This document shows, piece by piece, positions 49,001-62,890 of a DNA stretch of 64,000 nucleotides. Both the position numbers and the translations under genes were made by a program. Each line of letters begins with the position of its first letter. The first letter of the stretch is position 1. The notes below the pieces were generated by a model. That model made no database searches, was not told the DNA's origin, and was given only the letters and a program-made list of their open reading frames with translations. Source of the DNA: Tubiluchus corallicola (Eukaryota > Animalia > Priapulida); contig JAQGDQ010000638.1 in assembly GCA_030141605.1 (NCBI GenBank), forward strand, positions 1-64,000, written 5' to 3'.

Positions 49001-51305
49001 ACTCTCAGTGTTCAGTGCAGGACTCTCTTGTTCTCATTGATCAGTGCAGGAGACTCTTGTTCTCAGTGTTCAGTGCAGCAGTCATTCTACATATGTGTAT
49101 GTAGTTTAATAAACGCTTTTCAGTTTTGTGCAAATATGTAGTATAGTTGTTTATTCTTGTTCTACAAAGTGAGTGATCTACAACTTTAAACAAGACTTTC
49201 ACAGTACACACAAACAGACGGACAATGCAACTGCAGAAATGCCACATGAATGTCAGGACAAGTATAAGAATGGAAATTAGCCTAACTCACCTTTGCTCTA
49301 TTGCTGGAATCGGTGCTGAGTGCCGATTCGCTACGCCCGTTGTACTGGTGAATATTGAACGAAGAAGCAATGCTCGCATCATCACCGTTTCCACGACGAC
49401 GGTACTCGCCGCTTCCGCCGCTACCGTGTCTCGCTTGCTCGTTCATCTGCGACCTGAAAACCGATAAAAAAGAAACAAATTAAAGGAAATTAATCTCGAA
49501 TTAAAAAAAAAAGATAAAATAGAAGAGAACCCCATAAAGAAGAATGGAGATGATATGGGGAGAAAATGTAAAAATTTGTCTAAACTTCTAGAAACAAATT
49601 CAGTTACGTTATATCTGTTTACCTGTGATATACGGCAGGTACTGGAGGCGACGTGGAACGGAACGATCCGGAGCTTCCATACGCTGATGAGCTTACGTCG
49701 TCCTTCTGTTCGTTTTGTTTTCCCCCACTAGATGGCACTTCACTCCGTCGAACTGCAGAAGCAGGCGGCGAATCAGAGCCGCTATCACGAGTTTGTTCAC
49801 GATTCGACATCTGCCGTCCTCCGGAGGGCAGCACCGGCGACTGACGGCCGGGAAGGGCGGGCAGCTGCACGGCGTTCTTCAGCACTGCAGGTACAGGAGG
49901 AGAATAGGACCGCGGGGGAGGTGGCACGTCCGCACCTTCCTCGCTACTGCTTTCTTCCTCTTCCTTTTCCTCCTCTTCTTCCTGCTGTTCGGGACTGTAA
50001 GACCTCCCGTTCATTTTCATTCTGCTCGACTCGCCGTCGCGAGATGCTCTGGTTGCCGTGTGCAACTTGGGTGCTTGAGCTTCCGCCTGCTGCCGTAGCT
50101 CCTCCATCCTCCTCGCTAGTCGGGCTTCCCTTTCTTTGCGGTGTTTCTCATAGTACGGATCACGCTGCGAATTCGGAACGCTCTTTTTCCCCCTGTTAGT
50201 CCCCCATTCTGGTCGCTCCTTGGACTCGCGAGGTTTGCGAGCTTTCCTGTAGCCGGCCGTGTGAAGAGGTACCGGCAGATCTTCCGTATCCTCTGTAAGA
50301 AGAAATATATCAGCATCCCTGTGTGACAAAAGAGCAAAAATCACTAAAACGACGAGTAAAAAATGATGAAAGAAGCTTTCAATTTCAAGTAGAAAAGCAG
50401 AAAAACCTTCTGGTTAAAAAAATAAGATGTTAGTTAAAGGAGAAGTCACATCGTTTTTGTTTTTCCAAATATTTTCGCAATTTGCTTTTTCTGCTACTTA
50501 AAGAAAAATGGAAGCTACAAGCGCAGCAAAATCGTTGAAATCAAAAACAATTTACAAAAGTGGTCATAAGATTGTTGCCAAAAATCTATTTCAAGTTTTA
50601 GTTTCAGTCTCGATTACCAAAATTTGTTAAATGAAAAATCTGCATTGATTAGAATCCAGAACTACGGTACTTGCAGCTCGAGTAGCAGAAATAAACAAAT
50701 TGCGAAAATGTTTAAAAAGCAAAAATGTTGTGACTGCTCCTTTAATTAACATCCTCTTCTTTCCAAAACCAAGCGAGTTATTCTGTTTTTTACCTGAAAG
50801 TGAAAACCTTTCTCTACCTTTACTCATTGTTACTATCCTTGTTGTTGACGTTACTGTCATCATCATCATCATCACCATCCACATCGTCATCTTCATCATC
50901 CTCATCATCATTACCCTCATCATCATCCTCATCACCACCACCATCATCATCATCATCATCATCGCCCTCATCATCATCCTCATCGTCATCACCACCATTA
51001 CCATCACCATCACCATCATCATCATCATCCTCATCATCATCACCCTCATCATCATCATCATCATCATCACCCTCATCATCATCCTCACCATCATCATCAT
51101 CATCATCACCCTCATCACCCTCACCATCATCATCATCATCCTCATCCTCATCATCATCATCATCATCATCATCACTATTGATCACTACTATCACCACCAC
51201 CATTGATTGATGGAACATTTCACACTCACCTGTCTGACACGCCATGTCCTTGACTGAAGCTGTCATCTCCGTGACGATGGATCCGTCATCATCATCATCA
51301 TCACC

Positions 51306-51363
<58 letters not shown>

Positions 51364-54300
51364 CCCTCATCATCATCCTCATCCTCAACCTCATCATCAT
51401 CATCATCATCACTATCATCACTATTGATCACTACTATCACCACCACCATTGATTGATGGAACATTTCACACTCACCTGTCTGACACGCCATGTCCTTCAC
51501 TGAAGCTGTCATCTCCGTGACGATGGATCCGTCATCATCGCTCTGCCGCTGCGAGACGTCGGTGGAGAATACGCTGGATCTCACGCTTTCACCTGGACTC
51601 ACGTCACGCGTCTTCGCTAAGTTTTACACCAAAGAGAGCATTTTAGAAGAGGCGATGAGACAATTTTCTTTAACGGAAATCAGAAATTGAATCACGCAGT
51701 GGCTTTTTAAACCCAAGAACTTTGTCCATAAAGTTTATTAACACGGCACATGAAAAATTTCGACATGGACCAAAACCGGACACGACTCGACTGTGACATG
51801 AAATTAGATCAGTAATGCATCTAAATAACATTCATAATTTAAAGCTTAAGATGCGGTGAATATTTATCATTCTGTCACGGAGAGAATACAATACAATTGT
51901 AATATGTGAGACAAATAAACAACAAACGTCTAAAACCGATTTTAATGTATTAAGTTTGATCACATTTAACAAAAACTAAGAAAAGATGGAGTGAAAGTGG
52001 TAAAAATGATTTCACCACCTGCAAATGTCTCATTTTACTGCACGAAGCAAAATTGTCGAGTCATTTATGCACAATTATTTCAGTCATTTAACAACAGTTT
52101 CTACGGTTGTACGACAACTGACTGCCCCGTACCAAATGTTTTTGAGTCAATTAGATGACTGATTCTATTAACCGTGAGCATAATAAACAGCATCCACTGT
52201 AATTACAACACGGCTGACATGGTACAATTATCTGTGTACTAGAAAGTTTTGCAACTGTAATGAATGCAATATAAACATAATGTGCTGTAATGAATGCAAT
52301 ATAAACATAATGTGCTGTAATGAACGCAATATAAACATAATGTGCTGTAATGAACGCAAGATAAACACATGGTGCTGTAATGAACGCAATACAAACATAA
52401 TGTGCTGTAATGAACGCAATATAAACACAATGTGCTGTAATGAACGCAATATAAACATAATGTGCTGTAATGAACGCAAGATAAACACATGGTGCTGTAA
52501 TGAACGCAATACAAACATAATGTGCTGTAATGAATGCAATATAAACATAATGTGCTGTAATGAACGCAATATAAACATAATGTGCTGTAATGAACGCAAG
52601 ATAAACACATGGTGCTGTAATGAACGCAATACAAACATAATGTGCTGTAATGAATGCAATATAAACATAATGTGCTGTAATGAATGCAATATAAACATAA
52701 TGTGCTGTAATGAACGCAAGATAAACACATGGTGCTGTAATGAACGCAATACAAACATAATGTGCTGTAATGAACGCAATATAAACACAATGTGCTGTAA
52801 TGAACGCAATATAAACATAATGTGCTGTAATGAACGCAATATAAACACAATGTGCTGTAATGAATGCATTATAAACATAATGTGCTGTAATGAACGTAAT
52901 ATAAACATAATGTGCTGTAATGAACGCAATATAAACACAATGTGCTGTAATGAATGCAATATAAACATAATGTGCTGTAATGAACGCATTATAAACATAA
53001 TGTGCTGTAATGAACGCATTATAAACATAATGTGCTGTAATGAACGTAATATAAACATAATGTGCTGTAATGAACGCATTATAAACAATGTGCTGTAATG
53101 AACGCAATATAAACATAATGTGCTGTAATGAACGCAATATAAACATAATGTGCTGTAATGAACGCAATATAAACATGTGCCGTAATGAATGCAATATAAA
53201 CAAAATGTGCCGTAATGAACGCATTATAAACATAATGTGCCGTAATGAACGCAATATAAACATGTGCCGCAATGAACGCAAAATAAACATAATGTGCTGT
53301 AATGAATGCGTTATAAACATAATGTGCTGTAATGAACGCAATATAAACATAATGTGCTGTAATGAACGCAATATAAACATAATGTGCTGTAATGAACGCA
53401 ATATAAACATAATGTGCTGCAATGAACACAATATAAACATAATATGCTGCAATGAACGCAATAGAAACATAATGTGCTGCAATGAACGCAATATAAACAT
53501 AACGTGCTGTAATGAACGCAATATAAACAAATGTGCTGCAATGAACGCAATATAAACATAATGTGCTGTAATGAACGCAATATAAACATAATGTGCTGCA
53601 ATGAACGCAATATAAACATAATATGCTGCAATGAACGCAATAGAAACATAATGTGCTGCAATGAACGCAATATAAACATAACATGCTGCAATGAACGCAA
53701 TATAAACATAATGTGCTGTAATGAACGTAATATAAACATAACGTGCTGTAATGAACGCATTATAAACATAATGTGCTGTAATGAACGCATTATAAACATA
53801 ATGTGCTGTAATGAACGTAATATAAACATAACGTGCTGTAATGAACGCATTATAAACATAATGTGCTGTAATGAACGTAATATAAACATAACGTGCTGTA
53901 ATGAACGCATTATAAACATAATGTGCTGTAATGAACGTAATATAAACATAACGTGCTGTAATGAACGCATTATAAACATAATGTGCTGTAATGAACGCAT
54001 TATAAACATAATGTGCTGTAATGAATGCAATATAAACATAATGTGCTGTAATGAACGCAATATAAACAAATGTGCTGTAATGAACGCAATATAAACATAA
54101 TGGGCTGTAATGAACGCAATATAAACATAATGTGCTATAATGAACGCAATATAAACATAATGTGCTGTAACGAACGCAATATAAACATAATGTGCTGTAA
54201 TGAACGCATTATAAACATAATGTGCTGTAACGAACGCAATATAAACATAATGTGCTGTAATGAACGCAATATAAACATAATGTGCTGTAATTAAAATATA

Positions 54301-57300
54301 AAATAATTTCAGAACTTTTAAGACGCACCTTTTGAGTTTAACCGGGATCCTTGCTGACTAGTCCGTGAACCACGTTTCTTCAGAACCCGGTGTCGAGTTG
54401 ATGCTACTGGAGGGCGATTGTGCTCTTCCATACTTTCTTGATGCAGTGACGGCTCAGCGCGTTGAACAAGCTACGAAAATGAAAAAGTTATACGATGCTG
54501 TTGAAAATAAAGTTCAGAAAAACTCTCCAAAAGTTATTTTTGAGTGATGGACTGGACTTATTCATTTATGTAAATACAAAATTACATTTTACTTTAAATT
54601 TATTTATTGCAATACATATACAGCTGACAATGCATAATTCGTTTTCTTTGTAATTCAGGGTATCATTCATCTCAAACAGATTTGTTTATATGCATCTTAA
54701 TGTTTAAAGCAAAACTCGGTATTTCGCTGAATTTGAGAAACTTCAGGGAAGCAATTTAGGCAAAACTCATTTTATTGGCTCTCTTTATGTCAGACATACA
54801 GAAATAAGATGAATGTGCAGTTTCCTGGATGATCTATCAGTAGGGGTTCAAACAATAGATTAACTAATCAATAAACAATCAATAACTAATCAATAACAGT
54901 TCGTTTACGCATGACGTGTAAATTGTCTTGTTTTGTAAGGAATTTCAGTACCAGTATTTCACTAATTCTACAGGTTTACAGCGAATCTTTGACAGATTTT
55001 TATGGCCCTCGGCATCCTAATTGCAGATGCATTTTTTTAACGATTTCACATCTTGTTTGACTCTCACGAGAATAACAACTTGGCTATTGCATTTGAAAAA
55101 CTCCCCCCCCTCCAATTACCTCTTGACTGATGGGTTTAGGAGGTTCCGGCTGGTAGCGTTCGGCTACCTCTCTCTCTAATTTCATCTCCTCTTCCCGTCT
55201 CTGCCTCTCCTCCTCGGCCTTCTGACGACGTTTTTCTTCGACTTGTTGCTGTATGGCAGCCTAAAAGTGTCAAAAAACAAAACTACGTAAGTTTCAATGG
55301 TTTTCTTAGAAATCACCACCACTAGGTGTTGCCACATGACGGTGGGGATTGCATCAGGTAGTCTCAAGGACTTGAATAGCTAGTGATACGTCAAAGAACT
55401 AAAGTTCAAATCCCAATTAAGAATTATTTTGGCGTCATATAATACAATTGTTTGTGGCAGGTATTTTTTTGTTTTAATCACAGCGTTATTTATTAATAAC
55501 AATTTCCTAGTACGCTCATATCTTGGTTTGCTGGACGTTGCTTTTACGAATATCGGAAAAATCAGACAAAATCTGTCCCATTAAAAAGTGCAACATACTG
55601 CGGTCACAGTTTCACGAGTTGACCACTAGATGGCAGGCCGTCACTTTGTTTACATCACGTACATCAGTGTGTAAACAGGTGTATATCTCTATGTATAAAA
55701 ATATAGAGTCAATTATGCGGAGTTATTTGAGTCAATTGCCGACAGTTTTTATATACTTTTGCATAGTAGCAGCCCGTATCAGACATTTTTGAGACAATAA
55801 GGCATTTCATTCTATACTACCGTAAGTCTAATATATAAGTCTATAAGTAAGTGATACGTGGCATCTACAGTATCGACTTAGTAATACGATCAATCGGCAA
55901 ATTCGGACCGATGTCTCCCCAGTTTTGTCTGGCAAACCGAGTACAATTAAAAAAACTAAGTTTTTAAACTCAAATGCAAAACATAGATGGCAGCAGCACC
56001 CAGCTGTTATTATAACTATGGCAAAAATTCCTGTTTCTAAAATATGTAGAAAACAGACCAAGAAAGAGTTTTGATTTATGATTAAAATTATGGGCATTTA
56101 TCTCAAAGTACAGAAATACCATGTTACTTTATCATTTTATTTTAATTTAACTGTTTTTCTTTGCTCAATGTTATTCAACTAACTCAGAATTACTAGTCGT
56201 CTTTATTAAAGCAAAATCGAACCCAATCTGTAGGTGAAAACAATCTGTTCTTGAAAGTATAGAAAGAAAACACACAATTTCTTCAAAAATGACTTACGTG
56301 AAAGAATTATTACCACACAATTTCATGTTCGCGCCACTAGTTCTTCGCTGTTACATGAATTTCACCATTCGCTAGTTAGATGGGCACTAGCGCCTGCATT
56401 TCAGGAAAGCATTAAGGAAAAACAGGTGCTGTACCTCTCATTTCAGATGTGCAAGTTTCTTACAAACTACAGACATTCGACAGCTCATGCGTGAGCGGTA
56501 AATTTGAAATTTAAATTTTTATCTTAAAGCTTGCCAAGTTTTAGTACAACACACTGAATATCTTACAGTAGCACTGTACGTCAATTTTCGCTTTCACAAA
56601 CACGTGCAACACGCTCGTGGAATATTTTTGCTGCTGAGAATTAAGTTAGTTTGTGATGTCATCAATAGTTGGGCTCACCTGCCTTCAATTAAGCTTTTAA
56701 TCTCTATTATTTAACTATCAGAGACGTATTGCAGTATTAATCATGCTAAAATGAAAACTTTTTATTGAACTTGAAAATGGGGTGATAAATGAAAAATCAT
56801 CCGGTCTTCCTTTAAGCATCTTTACAGTCATCTGCTGACTAATGCATCATCAACTTTTACATTTCTGAACTTCTGTGTGGCCCACAATGTGTTCAATGGT
56901 TATATAACTTTCATTGACATATTTTCTCTAAAATTGTTTGGAGATCGTTTTTGCGACATCTATTGCGAAGATAAAATTTGTTTTCACTCTTTCAATAAAA
57001 TTGCCAAACATGTTGCAGTCGAACAGAAAAATTTAGGACGGAGAAATTTACAACTTCATTCAAGTTAAATGAGAGTATAATAAGAATGCGTGTCGGATGT
57101 AACAATAAATTAAAAAATCTGTAGACTTGACAACACAGCAGAACTGAAATGAACGTCACCTGAAACTCTGCCTGCTTCCTCCGTTTCTCGTCCATACGAT
57201 CTCGTGTCTCCGGATCATAGAATGCGTGCTGCCCTCTATGAAACGATCTACAAACAATAAAGACTTGGCACGAAAATGCATGTTTTACGGGTTACAATTA

Positions 57301-60300
57301 ATAAAGCTACATGTTGTATTAAATTCGTTATAATTGTTGTGTCACATATACCGTATATACTCGCATATAAGCCTACATCGCATATAAGCCGACCCCCTAA
57401 AAGTGCTTTAAAATGGCCAGTTTTTGCAAAAACCCGTATATAAGCCGACCATCAACTTGTCTAATTTTACTCCATACCCAATCAACAAAATTGATCCCTT
57501 TTTGTCACATTTTGTTAATTGGGTATTTTTGGTTCATAGAAATTTTTTACTATAAAGATGTAAAATGCTTACTTTTATGTTACATACTAGAAGAAATAGA
57601 AGAAATTATACATTTTGATATGAATAAAGAAGAAAATATTTTGTTTTCTATTTATTCACAAAAAATTATAACATTTCTGTTTATAATTTAACGTAGTGTT
57701 CTTAAAAATAATTAGAAACCTTCAAAATCATTGTCACTACCACCCTCATCGTCTGACTCACCAAACAGATTTCTCCATTCCTCTTTTGTGTACTGAACAT
57801 TGAAAAAAAGTGGGTGGACGGCGATCCCCCACGATCCCCCTCCAATACACCACTGGTGACACACAACCAAATAAAGAGTCAGATAGCGATGAAAATGTGT
57901 GCCTGGAAAATTGGCATTAGTGTCTGTCCTTGTGTTCATTTTGTTTCATGCGCATATAAGTCGACCCCCTGATTTCAGTATTGTATTTTATAGTTCTAAA
58001 TTCGGCTTATATGCGAGTATATACGGTAAGTATGTCCCGAAAACTTTAGTTTGGCTGCTTACAATGAGTTAAGAAATAGATTTAAACTGAAAAGAAGCAA
58101 AAAATTTGCCTAACTTATTGGAAAATTATGATTAGCGAACTGCAAAAATTAAAGGAAAAGTCAAGGATTATTATGTTTCTTCAATGTTGCAAAAAGTTAT
58201 TAGAAGTGAGACAAGTCCCTCCCGTAATTAGTAGTGATGTGGCGATCTATACATCTAACGAAAGGTCTTGATCTAGTGTTGTACCATTGGGGGTTTATTT
58301 TTCGAATCGGGGGGGGGCGAAAAACCTCCAAAAATGGCCATTTTTCGGCCGTTTTTTGCAAAACTTATATCTCTTATTCCTGAAGAACTGGAACGGGCCG
58401 GGGGTGGTGCTGGCTATGGATAGATAGCCCGTTCAGTGGTGGGTGTCATAGGCATATTTAGAATTCGCGAGAGGGCCACGCGATTTTTTCGAAATTTTGA
58501 ATAAACACCATAGGGAAAAAACGTTCTAGCGGCGCCTGGTGGGACTTTCGGACGGAGATATACGGCTCTTTAGAAAGAGGAAGAACAGGGCTACACGATG
58601 ATGTGGGCCATATTTTAGGACACGTCCACCAAGAGGAGTGACGACGAGTTAATTAGATGTTCTAGACGTCATCCATTACACTCTGCCCTTATAAACTTAT
58701 AACTTTAATTCAGTAAAAGCTACTGCTGCTGGCTTTGCGTTAGGTAAGTAAATGAACACTAGGTAGAATGTTCGCGTATTTATGATTATGAGTGTATTTA
58801 TGCGCAAAATTTTTCGCGGGGCCTTTGCTAGTTTTTTTATTAATTAATTAACTAATTAAACGCCGCATCATAAAATACACTTTTCTAATTTTATGGGAAA
58901 CTTTGGAATAGCTGCAAAATGTCTTACGTACCTTGGATTAGAGTCCTGTCGTACGGCATCTAGACTATATGAACGTTCAACATTGGATGGTGAATCGTGA
59001 TCTTGAAGATTGCTCAATGAGCTTTGATCTTGAACTTTCCCCGCTGAACTTTGACCTCGAACTTTCCCCGCAGAACTTTGACCTGGACTAGATTGAGCAT
59101 GCTCAACTGCAGGCAGCCTGTCAACTGCAACCGACTGTGGCAGTCGATCGCGTGGTAAGTGATGTTCATCCGATGAAATAGCAAAACGGCCTCCGTTGAC
59201 ACGACCTTGAGAAAATAATTCCTGACTTTGACCTTTGTAACCGAGCAGCTGCTGACTTGAACGCACGGGCATCGTTTGACTATGACCTTGGTAGTCGGCA
59301 ACTGGCGATGTTTGATGAAAATTTTGATAAGCTAGAATTTGTTCTTCCCTGAATAATTGACCTTTGACCTCTTCTTGCTTCAGATTTCTGGACTGATCAC
59401 CGCTTTCAAAATTGTGACTTTGCGTCACAAGTCGACGCTGAAATTCACCGTTTGACAACTTCTCGCCGTGTGAGAGACGATCGTCGGGCGACACTACGTC
59501 CCCGAAAGTTTCCGACTCGTGACTCGGTTGCCGAGGGAAACTTCTTCGTCGGGAAAGGTTTTCCACGTCTCCCACAGACGACGGCAATCCGATCCGCTGT
59601 TCAGAATCCACCTGCTTTTCTTTCTCTTTTTCTCGTTGTTTTTGAGCTACCTGTTGCTCCAATGTTTTCTGCAAAAACAAAACAACGTTATTTACTAATA
59701 ATGAATTTGTGTTTTCAGCATTTTTGAAAGAAAAAAATGAACATAAAGATAGTAAACAAACACTTGCAGGCAAGAAATGCAAATTGACTTTATAGGACAG
59801 CCATCATTAATTTACAGTAAAAGCTAAAATTGTGTTTATAGCATAATAGGATTCGATGAAGAAGAAGTTTATTATCATTGTAATGACTGACAAGTGAAGA
59901 ATTGCTTCCTAAAACATCAACTATAATATTCCTGCTCTCAACTTTCTGAACTTTAACATAGCTGCATTCTAAACTTTAACATAGCCGCGCTCTGAACCTT
60001 AACGTAGCCGTGTTCTGAACTTTAATGTAGTCCTGTTCTGAACTTTAACATAGCTGCATTCTGAACTTTAACATAGCTGCATCGTGAACTTTAACGTAGC
60101 CGCGTTCTGAACGTTAACGTAGCCGTGTTCTGAACTTTAACGTAGCCGTGTTCTGAACTTTAACGTAGCCGTGTTCTGAACTTTAACATAGCCGTGTTCT
60201 GAACTTTAACGTAGCCGCGTTCTGAACTTTAACGTAGCCGCGTTCTGAACCCTAACGTAGCCGCGTTCTGAACTTTAACGTAGCCGCGCTCTGAACCTTA

Positions 60301-62689
60301 ACGTAGCCGCGTTCTGAACTTTAACGTAGCCGCGTTCTGAACTTTAACGTAGCCGCGTTCTGAACTTTAACGTAGCTGCGCTCTGAACTTTAACGTAGCC
60401 GCATTCTGAACCTTAACGTAGCCGTGTTCTGAACTTTAACGTAGCCGTGTTCTGAACTTTAACATAGCCGTGTTCTGAACTTTAACGTAGCCGTGTTCTG
60501 AACTTTAACGTAGCCGCGTTCTGAACTTTAACGTAGCCGCGTTCTGAACTTTAAAGTAGCCGCATTTTGAACCTTAACGTAGCCGCGTTCTGAACTTTAA
60601 CGTAGCCACGCTCTGAACTTTAACGTAGCTGCGTTCTGAACTTTAAAGTAGCCGCGTTCTGAACTTTAACGTAGCCGCGTTCTGAACTTTAACGTAGCCG
60701 CGCTCTGAACCTTAACGTAGCTGCGTTCTGAACTTTAACGTAGCTGCGTTCTGAACTTTAACGTAGCCGCGCTCTGAACTTTAACGTAGCCGCGTTCTGA
60801 ACTTTAACGTAGCTGCGCTCTGAACCTTAACGTAGCTGCGTTCTGAACTTTAACGTAGCTGCGTTCTGAACTTTAACGTAGCCGTGTTCTGAACTTTAAC
60901 GTAGCCACGTTCCAGTTCATTTTTCGTTAATAAAAGGAATTTCTTATCACAAAATATAAAAACTAAAACTTAAGTAATGCAGTTTAAGTGAAGTTGTGTT
61001 ATTTCTAAAATGTCTCAATTAAGTGTAAATTTCACATTTATAAAACGTGACATAAAACCATCTGAAGTGAAAGACTTGAAACTGTTTTAGGGAAACTGAA
61101 ATAGAAAAGCCACTAGAGTCCTTTAACCAATTTATAAAAACACGCCTTTTCTAACTTATCTTAAAAAAACTGTAACAAATAAGTGAAATTTAGTAGAGTG
61201 ACTTTATACCACAAAAATTTGTATCACGAAAATACGATAAATTTGTTTATAAACAACATACTTGCTAAACTGAATTGAAAAAAGCTGAGAGTCAGGAACA
61301 AAACATCCTTTGACACTACATCACAAATTAGCACCTTGTCACAAATATCAAATGAGCTAACGTGTGATGTAAACACAGGATGATAGTAATAATTTCCTGC
61401 ATAACTTAACCTAGTTATTAACTATTACCTTAAAATGAATCCACATTAATCTATTTTCACAACGCACAAGAACATTACATAATTTCCTGCATAACTTAAC
61501 CTAGTTATTAACTATTACCTTAAAATGAATCCACATTAATCTGTTTTCACAACGCACAAGAACATTACATAATTTCCTGCATAACTTAACCTAGTTATTA
61601 ACTATTACCTTAAAATGAATCCACATTAATCTGTTTTCACAACGCACAAGAACATTACATAATTTCCTGCATAACTTAACCTAGTTATTAACTATTACCT
61701 TAAAATGAATCCACATTAATCTGTTTTCACAACGCACAAGAACATTACATAATTTCCTGCATAACTTAACCTAGTTATTAACTATTACCTTAAAATGAAT
61801 CCACATTAATCTGTTTTCACAACGCACAAGAACATTACATAATTTCCTGCATAACTTAACCTAGTTATTAACTATTACCTTAAAATGAATCCACATTAAT
61901 CTGTTTTCACAACGCACATGAACATTACATAATTTCCTGCATAACTTAACCTAGTTATTAACTATTACCTTAAAATGAATCCACATTAATCTGTTTTCAC
62001 AACGCACATGAACATTACATAATTTCCTGCATAACTTAACCTAGTTATTAACTATTACCTTAAAATGAATCCACATTAATCTGTTTTCACAACGCACAAG
62101 AACATTACATAATTTCCTGCATAACTTAACCTAGTTATTAACTATTAGAGGAGCTAAAATGTGATGTAACCCCAGTATAAAATTACAAAACTTATTGCAT
62201 AACTTAACCTAGTTATTAACTATCAGAGGAGCTAAAATGTGATGTAAGCCCAGTATAAAATTACATAACCTACTGCATAACTTAAGCTAGTTATTAACTA
62301 TAATACCCAAGAATGAATCCAGAGCAAACTGTTTTACAACACACAAGTTCCACTGCCATGTAGTTCTCCGGTTCACCTTCACAATGTAAGTAAATTAGCG
62401 CCTCGCAATTCTAGTTACAATATTGATTACGCTCAAGCGCCAGCCGCTAGTGCAAATCAATGGTCCTTTATTTACAATTGTTAACGTTCACTGCAGTATG
62501 AAATCTCGAGGGGGTGACATTTGAATGCACTTTCAATGTCGTGCGCGTAGTCAATAATCTCACACGTGATGATTAGTTATTGCCTTTTATGGCTCGCTCA
62601 CCTGGAATTCGGCTTGCTTTCGTTTTCGCTCTTCCATCTCGATGAATGCTTGCGGATCCATGAAGACGTGCTGCCCCCTGTGGTGAGAA
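46093..62689 (-). CDS. CCDC66: CCDC66-like coiled-coil (centriolar satellite/ciliary) protein, 3' part; 5' exons lie beyond the window
   Basis: Phase-compatible exons 62689-62602, 59668-58932, 57247-57160, 55260-55120, 54470-54329, 51616-51476, 50292-49623, 49453-49291, 47417-47331, 46230-46093 (TGA). Motifs DP...EKRRKQAEFQ/AAIQQQVEEKRRQK, PEWGTNRGKKSVPNSQRDP and LLHPE...RQDLILQQLSHLRE/GLLLKQ recall vertebrate CCDC66 (from memory, not a search). Confidence 0.8.
47596..48186. mobile_element. Tc1/mariner (Tigger-like) MITE
   Basis: TA|CAGTGTTCCCTC...GAGGAACACTG|TA. Confidence 0.82.
50438..50741. mobile_element. Second Kolobok-like MITE family
   Basis: TTAA|AGGAGAAGTCACA...TGTGACTGCTCCT|TTAA (12/13 TIR match). 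Confidence 0.75.
50857..51420. repeat. (CAT)n-rich region containing a 246-bp tandem duplication of an exon end
   Basis: 51175-51290 duplicates 51421-51536. Confidence 0.93.
52255..54291. repeat. 30-bp minisatellite (TGTGCTGTAATGAACGCAATATAAACATAA), about 68 copies
   Basis: Directly visible. Confidence 0.98.
55522..55941. mobile_element. Unclassified TIR element
   Basis: CTTGGTTTGCTGGAC...GTCTGGCAAACCGAG imperfect 15-bp TIR; homologous to 4189-4586. Confidence 0.65.
56210..56811. mobile_element. Kolobok-like MITE (TTAA TSD), uninterrupted copy
   Basis: TTAA|AGCAAAATCGAA...TCCGGTCTTCCT|TTAA; third copy of this family in the window. Confidence 0.75.
57351..58026 (-). mobile_element. pogo/Tigger deletion derivative
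   Basis: TA|CCGTATATACTCGCATATAAGCC...GGCTTATATGCGAGTATATACGG|TA; retains an acidic transposase-like tail LFGESDDEGGSDNDFEGF* on the minus strand. Confidence 0.88.
58241..58831 (+). mobile_element. Dispersed repeat, possibly a non-autonomous Helitron (second partial copy at about 46805-47065)
   Basis: 58241-58445 is homologous to 46845-47062; ends in GCGGGGCCTTTGCTAG followed by a T-run, like a Helitron CTRR end. Classification is inferred. Confidence 0.5.
59945..60912. repeat. 23-bp minisatellite (TTCTGAACTTTAACGTAGCCGCG), about 42 copies
   Basis: Directly visible. Confidence 0.97.
61389..62146. repeat. 90-bp tandem repeat, about 8 near-identical copies
   Basis: AATTTCCTGCATAACTTAACCTAG recurs at 61391, 61481, 61571 and onward to 62111; diverged partial copies continue to about 62345. 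Confidence 0.95.
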
Positions 62690-62890
62690 CTGGAAGCAAA
62701 ACGGCAAAAAACGCTGTGAAGTTTGGCAAGTTTGACTTTCGGAGAACTGGGCTTTTGGGTAGTTCGTTGCTGCTGCATGAATTCATTGCATTATGGAAGT
62801 GGTGCTGATGCAGCAGTGTTTATATCTGCTGCATGATCTGCTCTGGTTACTTGAAATCAAATTTCGTTCAACAGAAATTTGTCTGGTGGT

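Noticed and set aside
50627-51210. poly-M/I/S/D ORFs
   Set aside because: (CAT)n microsatellite in an intron, beyond the distal splice donor.
52151-54294. Cys/His-rich repetitive ORFs
   Set aside because: Translation of an intronic minisatellite; open in several frames on both strands.
62690-62850. Extension of the CCDC66 exon to the ATG at 62778
   Set aside because: A strong acceptor at 62689 gives an 88-nt exon matching its paralogous exon; there is an in-frame TAA further upstream.
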